The position numbers were made by a program, and so were the translations under genes. This document shows, in pieces, positions 53,817 to 64,000 of a stretch of 64,000 nucleotides of DNA. Origin of the DNA: Phoronis australis. Its lineage: Eukaryota > Animalia > Phoronida. Below the pieces are notes generated by a model. It was not told the origin of the DNA. It saw nothing but the letters and a program-made list of their open reading frames with translations, and ran no database searches. The number at the start of each line of letters is the position of its first letter. Position 1 is the stretch's first letter. The stretch spans positions 177,901 to 241,900 of the forward strand of contig NMRA01000095.1 in NCBI GenBank assembly GCA_002633005.1. Direction: 5' to 3'.

Positions 53817-53994
53817 GTCATCGCTAACTATTTCAAAAAGATCAACGAATAACTTGTTAATCTTTGTGAAATGTGTTCTAGTGAGAAAATTGACTTGGAG
53901 AGCATTCAATATGATCTTTTTGTACGATGTACCAATGACCTTTATGAAAGGAATAACACGGCTTTGATAAGAAGTAAACATTGCCCATTTGCAG

Positions 53995-54098
53995 ATCGCC
54001 CTCCATTAGTCCGAGTGTAGCATCCACCACATCGTCTGACAGGAAGGGGAGCGAGGACACTATAGGAAGTTTGGACAGTGGAATAAAAACTGGAGGAT
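53995..54098 (+). CDS. Shaw: Shaw/Kv3 exon 5 (Ser-rich C-terminal tail)
   Basis: Acceptor tttgcag (phase 2) and donor T|gtaagg (phase 1) match both neighbouring exons. Confidence 0.7.
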
Positions 54099-54660
54099 GT
54101 AAGGAAGACCTTTACAATACAGCACATGGTGCATTTAGAGTCTTGCAATTGTCTTATAGAATTGGCAGAAGGGATGTTCGACTTTCCTCTTACACATTTA
54201 GTTACCCTTCATGCTTGTAATCGATTTGTTCCTATAAACAGTTGTTCCTTAAAGGAGCCAGGAAGTCACGTTCTGAAGAAGAGGCTAATTTTTAATTAGA
54301 TCTCGAATAGCTATCAAAGTAGCCCTGCCTTGCTTCTCAATCAGAAGAGAATTAACGTCTGATGCACCAAAACACTGTCAGTTCATTATTACTTCGAAAT
54401 CACGCTCGAGGCGCAGGATGACTCGCCGTGACAAACTCACTTGTACAGCCTGGTACTGCCAGTCTTTCCAAGCCCTGAGAAATCACATCTAATCTTACCA
54501 ACGAAATTAGTTTCACTGATAGCGTTAGTGGTTAAAATTAAAAGTTGGCTGGGTTTTTTGACCAGAAGCTGATAAATCTAAAAAACGAAGCCATAAAAAT
54601 TGTCGGTAACATTGAAGCAATCTTTCGTATCAGAATATGAAGAGATCAAATCTATTTCAG

Positions 54661-54858
54661 CTAATTCCAGCGGTGAAAGTTCTGGCATTAGTGTCATCTT
54701 TACGGATGAATTGGCGGAGAATTGCCGAATCGCGTCACCCATAGACAGAGTAAGAAGTCCCAGTCAGACCGTCCACGGGTCCTTAAGACTACCTCCCAAC
54801 AGAAAAGGGTCTTTGAGACGGTCCAGTCTCCTACCGGCGCCACGAGAGACAAATAAAG
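54661..54858 (+). CDS. Shaw: Shaw/Kv3 exon 6 (C-terminal tail)
   Basis: Acceptor tatttcag, phase 1, open frame; donor AAAG|gtacat, or read-through to a stop at 54872. Confidence 0.65.
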
Positions 54859-56247
54859 GTACATATAACTAAAAAATCTCACATAGCGGAACACCAAGTC
54901 TGATACTCAGATAACACAAATTACCATGTGGCTGACGACAATTTTATACCTTAGTTACTTCCCGTTAATTCCCGTTTTGCTCTTGATTTCGGGACTTGCG
55001 CCCATCGAACTAGAATAGTGCTGGTCTGGTTGCCAAAAACTCAGAGCAGACTGGCAACGACGTTTCTTCTCAATTCTTTTACTAGATAACTGTTTAATTC
55101 ATCTTCAGAAAGTTGACAAAAACTGATACAAGCACAACCCGCAAATCGAAATCACACCTGCAATATGCAGGTAAATTGTGAATTATATCAACAATAAATA
55201 TAAAAGAAACGTTTACTGAAAGATATCAAAATTACAAGAGGCAATTCATATGGCGTTACAACATAATACGACTTATATACAGTTGAAATGTAATCCGTCG
55301 TGGTAGACCCATAGTAAAGTAAATTAGGACTGTACTCACGACTAAAATGAAATTCATTTGCGACATATTTCGACCGGCAACCCGCGGTCTTGATCACTCT
55401 GTGGGTGGCGTTGTCGTCTGGACGAATCTAAGTTCTCTTTTTTTTTAAATCCGCGGGAGTTGGCGGTCCACCATCTCTGTGGAGGTTGGATTCATGTCGG
55501 GCTATCTGTACGAACTCTCTTACTCCTATCTCTGACTCCAACTGCTTTGAGCAGCAAGAGAGTCCATGTAGATACAAACCCAACCTCAACAGTTGGTACC
55601 CACGTGTTACCACAGCTTGATGTTTGCTGTAACTAGATTTTTTGGCTGCGTGACAAATCAGTCGTTTACTTTCGAATGTTCTTAAATGAAAACGTACTAT
55701 TATGTGTAAAGGTTCAAACTGGTGTCAAATTACGTCTCTGCTATCTTTCTAAAATAGTTTTGAGGTGGCAATGACGTCATTTTTAAAAGATATTGCATGG
55801 CCTGTTCACACCAAACTTTCTGGTTTACTACCAGTCTGCGCTCAAAAAACAAAAACCTGCTAACCATTGACCACCATGGGTGTACCATACACTCTTACTC
55901 GTTCTTCTAAGAACGTTGTACCGTTACAACGTGTGACACCTGAAGATGGCCCGGAAATGTTACTGATCGAAAAGTCGTGCCGTTGTAAACAGGCTACGTA
56001 ATCTAAAAAGGGCAATACATTTGAGAAATGATGTTTCGTCTACGATGTAAAATTTCTCCAGCACAACAAGTGCGTTTACACTGCCATTGCGGTACAGTAG
56101 GCATTAACAGCATTTTTGTGTAAAGTTGAAGAAATCGCCTCCAAAAAGCTAGCACTAGCACCTCTGAGTATTCGAAGGTTGAGTGCGCTTTGATGTCATC
56201 ACCAAAATATGAAGTAAATCATGTCTATTAATCACATGCATTTATAG

Positions 56248-56354
56248 TTCACCCTGCTCACTCAAGGAGGCGGGACTCGTTGCTGACCAAGTCATACCAC
56301 AACCATCCTCCAAGAAGGCGATCTTTAATGCCGCACCTAACAGTGGACGAATGA
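56248..56354 (+). CDS. Shaw: Shaw/Kv3 probable terminal exon (VHPAHSRRRDSLL...HLTVDE*)
   Basis: Acceptor tttatag, phase 1, in frame; RRxS motifs like those in the preceding exons; TGA 56352-56354. Confidence 0.6.
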
Positions 56355-57699
56355 CGACGTTATGAATGATGATGCATCGTTGCGTGATATCTAGCCCACA
56401 CGGTATTCAACGAAAAGACTGGAGACCTACAAAATTGAACACGAAAGCTTGGTTAGAATGACCCGTAAACGCAAAAAGTGCTGCAAAAGAAATTTAGCTT
56501 TTGCTATCGTGTATTTAGGGATCGTTTTGTCAAGGCCAGCCGCAAATAAAGGAGTGAAATCGGTTGCGGCGTTCCGTAAGCGCAAGACATTAGTCATCCA
56601 ATTGCCACACGAAGTAGTCGATAATGGAAGGAAAGTGTTTGACGTTTATTCATTAATTCATCAAATCTATCCCACAGTAAGCTAATATTCGAACCGCATC
56701 GACCAATCACCGTTAGCGGCAGACGGTGAGGTCTCCAGTATCTTTGCGGTACACTCACATTTCACGCGCGTGATTTCGTGAGGTCCTGCGTTGTGTGGAT
56801 TACAATAGACTGTGTTCAAAGAAACCTCTGACCGAAAGACGCTGCGGCCTACTGTGATGTCGAAAAAATATTTTCTGAGCGTTCTTTGTTAGTCTCTTCA
56901 ATGTGAAATGTACATGTACAAGGATCGAGTTGTATTGATTCACTCAGAAGAAGACCGAGGCAGAATGGATGGTGGTTCAATAAATTTTGATAACATTTAT
57001 ACGTAACAACATCGCTTTTGAGCACGTGAACATTTACCCTTGACTGTGATGCTGGTTTAAACATTTAATTTTACTTCGTTAACGGTCGTAACTTTTTATT
57101 ATTTTGATTATAAAAACGTTCTCCTTCATTGAAGTTTCTACTGGAGATGGTACGACTGTAGAGTGAGGTGCCGATAGATGAACTCACAATAACCAGTTGA
57201 ACTGAAGTCGCATATAGTTGTTACTGAACCGGTCATTATCAATTGGGAGGTGGAATCAAGATACCAGTCTGCTCGGGAAGTGTTCCGTTCCTCCAGCTTA
57301 CAAGGATATAGACTTCCCTCGAAAGAATTCACCTCATGACGAGAACGACACAGAAACGATGTAAGCCTATTGCAGGCTGCAATACCTTGATGACAAGTGA
57401 TGAAAACTTGGACCGAGCTGCTGCAACCACGAGTTAGTACTTTCCTAACACAACGTGTTGGCCTTTGCGGATAACGTATTTAACCTTTCAATAAGCTTCA
57501 AGTGGGGCACAATCGATGGCATTAACTGTACGACGCGCCATTGGCATGTTTCAAGTGATCTCACGATGGTCATTGACGAATACCATTCAAACCTTAGCCG
57601 CTAAATCAAACGTTTACACAAGTTATCAATGTTAACCGAGTGTACATGCAATTTTTTAACTTGTCTATATTTTGTAGTTTTTTGTTGAAGAGCAAATCT

Positions 57700-57731
57700 A
57701 ATAAAATCACCAATAAACCGTTTTAAATAAA
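57700..57731 (+). terminator. Cluster of three AATAAA polyadenylation signals, candidate 3' end of Shaw
   Basis: AATAAA at 57700, 57712 and 57726, ~1.35 kb after the stop codon. Confidence 0.45.
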
Positions 57732-58402
57732 TTTATTGAAATTTTGTTCGTAGCGATGCCATGCACATTTTTAAATGTACTGAAGTAGCTTGCACAAAGA
57801 TGCTTAGCCCCTCCAGACATCTGTTCATTTCAATAATTTAACAAGACCTGTACACAACGCTATGCACGGAAAACAAAACACTTTTCAATTACAACTGACG
57901 CACGGTAGAGAGATAAAACTTAGTTCAATTTCCGAAACCAGTAACAACCTTTGTGAAGAAATACGCAAGAGCAAACGTTCATTAATTATTTACAATTGGC
58001 AAATATGCCGCGTTTACAGATCCAGGGATGTCGTAGTAACGGCAGCTAGGTACATACACGACAGTAGGAAAATTTCAATTATTGTAAAATTAGCCATCAT
58101 GTTAATTAGCCGCTACGTGTTTTGAAATTACAGTAACTTATTAAAAACGCAACCTTAGACGACTTTGAAACCATGTGTCAAGCGATAAAGTATTCAAATA
58201 TAATTATGGGATTTCAAACTAATATGCCAACATTAAGCAATGCCACAGATTGCACAGGTGAATCACACCACCTTTGGTAAATTTGAAGACGTTCTGAACA
58301 GTAATTGAATCCTATTGAATCTTAAATGAAAACGACTAAGTTTACGCATGGGTCTAACAATGGGGCCACATACAACAACACGCGTTGTCACTGGCGGATA
58401 GG

Positions 58403-58657
58403 CATGCACACACCCGGGAGGGGGGATCGGGGGGCTCGAACGAGCCCACCCATTTGGCGAAGTGGGTAAAAGGTCCGCCTCAGAGAAACAAACAGTCCCT
58501 GAAAAAGAGACAAAAGTTCACCAATAAGGCGCAGACGCACAGTTCACAGCCCTGAACGTGGTACTCCGTTTTTTTTAGTCCTCCGGGTTTTTCGTTAGCA
58601 AAAGGTCCACTTTGTTAGAGATTCCAGTCCCCATATAAAAGGCTAGGTACGCGCATG
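58403..58657. mobile_element. Possible hAT-like MITE
   Basis: catgcacacacc / ggtacgcgcatg imperfect inverted ends, G-rich subterminal region; TSD not clear. Confidence 0.4.
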
Positions 58658-59291
58658 ATAAGGGAAGCCAATCTCAATGTCGACGGCGTTTATTCATGGA
58701 CGGCGCCGCAATGAAAAAAGTGGGGGAGGGGGTATAGACCACCAGCCCTCTATGGTGTGACACCCTTAGTTATTGACTGTATACGCGGAGGGGACGAGTA
58801 CCCCTAAATACGTCTTTTGTTGTAAATGTCCTCACAAGCGCATTAATTAAGCTAACACGGCGGAAGTCCTATTTAAAAATTTCTGCAGCTAATCTCATCA
58901 CTATCGAGGAGTCTAAGTAAAACAAACGACTTATTTTGTTGCGCGTAGAAGAAAATCCGTGATTGACCAAGTACTGCCAAAATTCGCTTCATACTCATAT
59001 ATGGGAAACAGTCATTTCTCTTCTTTTCGTTCTCTGTATATCCGGTTGATCTACATAATTGCCAGGCTCCTCGCCATCTTTATGTTTTCGCACGTAACCC
59101 AACGGTTGGCGGACATACAGTAGATGACGTCAGACTATCGTTGTTTACATGTTCCTGTGCAACCATTGACTGGCCGGAGTATCACCTTGACTGACAGTGA
59201 CAAGACGTGTACAACCATTTGCAAGTATCCCGAGGTACAAGATTCCCGATCATACAACGCCGGTGAGCTTGGTGTGGTACTAGTCTTGCTC

Positions 59292-60204
59292 CTAGGCGGA
59301 TTTAGGAGGGGGGGGGGCAGGGGGCCTGGGCCCCCCTGGCTGCCGCAAAAAATAAAACAGCAAGAGCGTAGGGAAATGTTGAGTTTATTAATTAACCTCG
59401 GTAATTAACATTATAAGGCTGAAATAAGATTTAAATGTGTGCAGTTTTAGTGTGTCAAATTCGGAACACGACGCAATCATAACGGCACTATGGTTAAGTA
59501 TAGGCTCTCCCGCGATATCCCAGGCGACCGGCAGTGGCGCTGCGCACTACGACTCTATTTCTGTCGTCTGTTTCACTGTGCAATGAAGAAAATTACTTCA
59601 TTTTTTAAAGGAAATGGAATGAGTAACGAGGACAAACAGAAGCTGCTGGTAAGATGTGAATTTCAATCGAAGCCTTAGTGAATCACTCAGAAACTGATAA
59701 TTCTCTCTTTGTCAAACCTTAACTTAAGACTATTTCCAAAGCAATCGCGTCATTAATGCCAACACAAAAACGGATTTGGTATTTTGGGCAATTGAACACT
59801 ATTTTAAACACAACAAATTTGTTACGAAATGATGGCACAAAGTACAAAAAGTGTAATAAGCATTACAAAAACAAGTAGGTTTCGCGCGCAAACGCTGTGG
59901 ACCATAAACAAGTAGGTCTCTTAGTTTTAAAGTACGAGAGGAATCGTGGTGGTGTACGAGAGGAATCGTGGTGGTGTAGTGGTAAAGCACGCGCGCTCTA
60001 TCCGCCAGGTCGTGGTATTAGCAGTTTTTCAAGCTTGACACGTTCTCTGTGTTTTTTTCTTGGATAATACCATCAGGAATCAACGGAAATACTTGATTTT
60101 TATAGGACAAAAAACAGAAAAAATTCCCCCTATACCGTGCTATGCGCATCTACAGTTTACAGACAAAATGTTGTCCCCCTTGTGATATACTAGATCCGCC
60201 ACTG
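59292..60204. mobile_element. Probable hAT-like non-autonomous element; related end at 62450-62490
   Basis: ggcggatttag followed by a G-run at the left end, ctagatccgccactg at the right end; cagtggcggattt recurs at 62450. Confidence 0.5.
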
Positions 60205-61502
60205 TTGCTACACATGGTAAGATATTGGTAACGTAAGAAGATATCGTCTTCTTACTTTGAGCGACTCAACCGCACCGAATACTGAAGAGTGCATTACGTC
60301 CGGTCGGTGCGTCGGACACGTACTCGACGCTGTATTAAGATCCGAGGTTCTACACAAGCTCACAACTTCTACCAAAATACCAGCTTCTTTATATTTTCAC
60401 CATTCCATGTCAAGGCACCGAAATGAGTCTATTAGGGACTAAGAAACCGATATAACTGACGATCGCCCACGACCACGGGGCACCAATGGACAGGGGCGTC
60501 GGGTGATGATTTCGAAGTTGTGATCAATTACAAGGCCCGTCCTGAAATAGTACAGCGCTGCTGTCATTCTAATAATTTCACCCACAATGCATCACACATG
60601 TCAAACACTTGTCCTGGTTCTTCACATCCAAACAGTCCGGCATAGGAAATCATATTCACTGAACCTGCATGTATGCCAAACTCGGCGTGCCCCCAATGTT
60701 TCACTCTTACAATGTAACTGTACAATGCCATCGTAGAGGACTGGCGTCCTAACGCGAATCAACCAAAGCATCACATAGTGGATGGAATGCTGTGATCGAG
60801 TTAGGTCAGCATGTTGTGTCTGAAGTTGAAATTCTGCTGAATCTCAAGGCTTTTTGTCCGGGGATAGGATTTTTTTGGAATTATTCGTCTCATTATCACC
60901 CATTTCTCCTTTACCGAAAGTTTCGAGTCAAAGAACGGCATCAATATGCTTATGGTTATTTTTTCTTGTTAGGTGAATAAGATTGCCATTCGTTTTAAAA
61001 GTTGGTTAAAAGTTACGTTATTTTATTAAAATGTGATGTGATGCAATTTTTAGAGACTTGAACGTTATTATTTGAACGAAGTACACGAGTTTCCTCGTGT
61101 ATTCCAAGTTCACGCATACGCGATCTTGAGATTAAGCCAAATTCCAAGTTCAAGCACAGCAGAGCGAACCTGCAACAATGCAACTTTCGCCAAACCACCA
61201 CTCTGCCCCTAGAAGTCGTGCTGTGGCTTTTCTTGAATATTCCGTACAGCGTTATTACTGAAGACGTAAAACATAAATGGGAATTAAATAACGCGGAGAT
61301 GGTGAAACAAAAATAATAACACCTGTCCAGTTCACATGCAAATCAAAACGTCGCTTAGCAACAAGATAAAAATCGATGTCAAATTTACCCAAAGTTTAGT
61401 CTCCCCACGACAGTAAAACGTCACACAGAGAGTTATAGGGGTTATCAAGTAAGTGCAAATAAATGAGACGCGCACTCGGTCACGTGGGTTCGACCTGCCT
61501 CC

Positions 61503-61631
61503 CGTTCAGTAACGCTAGGACCTCGCGTAAAAGCAAGATTTCGCGAGATCACGTGAGCTATTGCCGTGTATTTTAAACAAGAACACGTGACTTTGACTAG
61601 GTTTTAGCTAGGTCCTAGCGTCTACTGAACG
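61503..61631. mobile_element. ~130-bp inverted-repeat (MITE-like) element
   Basis: cgttcagtaacgctaggacct / aggtcctagcgtctactgaacg. Confidence 0.6.
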
Positions 61632-63834
61632 CACGCCTGCTTCGTATTTGACATTTATGGAACACACTTATTTTTTAGGATAACAAAATATTTGAGTATA
61701 GATTCGAAGCGGTTACAATGTAAATTGTCTAAAGAATGCACACTGTGTACAGATACTGTAATTAAGGTATAAAGGCCTCGATTCTTCGATAATTGGGCAT
61801 ATCATTTACGGATGTAAAACGCGGCTCGTAGGTATTAGAAAGTGAGAGTCTGGATAATTAGACCAATTAGTCATATGCACACAGGCGACTCTGTTTTTTA
61901 TAACCTAACATAGATGAATATTTTTATGTGAATTCATAAAAACGATTGATATGGATTTGTGAATGGTTCATAACAATCGGTTGGCTACTTTGTCCTCCAA
62001 CATCATGAACGCCATAATTTACATTACTTCCATTCAGAAATCAGAAGAAGTGTTTCCATGAATGGTGCTATGAATGACGACCTGACTATGCAGCCACGTC
62101 AGTAGCCTGCAGACGGGGCGNGGGGCATCCAGTTACTATGAATTGTGACAGCTTTGCGCAGTTAAATCTCTGATTGATTACCGTTTCTATTTTGTTTTGT
62201 CTTTTTCACTTTTCTTAGTAAGACTAGGGCCCATGCCTTTGAGTAGAGGGAGGGCATAAAATAAAAAAAAATCGAAGGGGCACCACCAAACCTCTCAGTG
62301 CCGGCTGATTCACGTCACCCAAGTTTGAGTGTACCTTTGTTATTTCCCACTAGCAGGTCCAATAAATCTCTCAATAACCGTTTGTCTCCTTGGGACTGCA
62401 TTCACCAGACCAAGTCTCTTACAAAAACTGAGGTCATGCAAGTATTCGCCAGTGGCGGATTTGGGGGGGGGCATGACCCCACCTAAAATTCTACCAGATA
62501 CCATTTGGNGGATATAACCCATGCTTCATGAATACAAACATGCCAAACACAAGTTTAAAAATTTTTGAAAAAATAACATTTCTCCTATTTTACAAGGTCA
62601 TGTGCAAACAGTCCAAAGTAAAGAATAATAGATATCAATACTGTTCAAAAATAAATGAACAGCTCTGAACAGCATTGAACAGTGGACAAGGAATTTGAAA
62701 CAAACAGTACCATCATTAGAAAATAACAAATACATGTATGTACAATGGCTTAAACTAAACAATGCTACACACACAGTGTTTCAAAGATGGTATTCCCAGG
62801 CAAAGCTGTATTTTGTGCATGGCTATTCAACTGCTCAACCATCAGCTGGTTACTCTTTGCTACTGTACACCTGTTCTTTACTATGATGGTGAACAACTGT
62901 GGTGACGTAACAACAACCTTGAGCTGTACTCTATACTGTCTGTGCTCACCCATCTCTGAGTGACTACAGCAAACAGTCTTTATCCTGTACTCCCTACAGT
63001 TTCTGCTCAACCAACTCAGAGTCACTGCAGCAAACAGTCCTTATCCTTGTACCAAGCTAAACAATACCAAGCTTGGTCACATCTTTTATGAAATCTTTTC
63101 TGATACACGGTAATTTGGTATAAACTTGAGCTCTCTTACACCAATCATGGATGTGTAACCTTCAGTAATATGGGTCAATATTAATGTTTCAGCTATTGAA
63201 GCTTAAGCCATTGATGGATACTAGGAACATGTTGGGAATTATAATTAAGACACTGATGAAATTATAAGCAGTTGGTGTTTTTGATATCACATGTCTTGGC
63301 CAGCATATACACTAAAGTTTTTGAACTTTGAAAACTAGACAAGAAATGAGATTTTTAACGTGAAACTTTTGAACAAGGACGCCAATAACCCGCCGCTTAT
63401 GCAATGTAATTGGGCCAATTACCAAACCAGCAGGAAGCAGTTAGATTTTGAAGTAAGCCACGTGACATCATACAATTCTTGGCATGATTCCCATAGGCAC
63501 TTTGTAGTCTGTACTAGTACACTAGAACTTTTCCGAAAAATACACCTCACATTGGCAAAACCATTACTGGCAGGTTGCTAAAAATACCTTTTGACCAAAT
63601 GCTTTGGTAAATTAAGATTTGTGTCTCAAACGTTTCAACATAATTGTTGACATTACCATTTTTCTGCAAAGATGGCACTGGGTGTAAGCGTAGCGATGTT
63701 GGCAGACAAGTTTCTAACACTAGCTGCCTACACTCAATACAACATCAAACATATTCAATGATGCAGAACATGTGATGCTGCAGTTTGTGTCAGTAGATTG
63801 GCATACGAGGCACACAACCTATGCAGAGGACTGC

Positions 63835-64000
63835 CATTGAATTGTTCACAACACTGTCCAGTCCAGCTCATCTGCCACCTCTCCAACATTGAACTGTTCA
63901 CAATACTGTCCACTCCAGCTCAACTGCTATCTCCCGAACATTGAACTGTTCACAACATTGTCCAGTCCAGCTCATCTACCACCTCCCAACACGAACTGTT
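63835..64000. repeat. 52-bp minisatellite running off the window end
   Basis: cattgaactgttcacaacactgtccagtccagctcatctgccacctctccaa, >3 copies. Confidence 0.9.

Overview
Eukaryotic (invertebrate metazoan) genomic DNA with spliced genes and three N positions (5813, 62121, 62509). I reconstructed three protein-coding genes by hand from GT-AG splice sites and reading phase. (1) A + strand OTULIN/FAM105-family deubiquitinase (8 coding exons, 913-25425, ~1167 aa). It keeps the Cys/His/Asn catalytic triad and also has an N-terminal membrane anchor and a ~740-aa Ser-rich linker. (2) A - strand two-exon GRL101-like (type C LGR) receptor (39364-32628, ~1892 aa) with CUB, C-type lectin, LDLa, LRR and 7TM domains. 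(3) A + strand Shaw/Kv3-type K+ channel (7 coding exons, 46479-56354, ~645 aa) with an unusual GYGE filter. The rest holds MITEs, a LINE RT remnant, several minisatellites, a ~2-kb duplication across an N (probably an assembly artefact) and a higher-order repeat with eight co-oriented CTCF-like motifs between the converging OTULIN and GPCR genes. No transcript or database evidence was available, so family calls rest on motif recognition.
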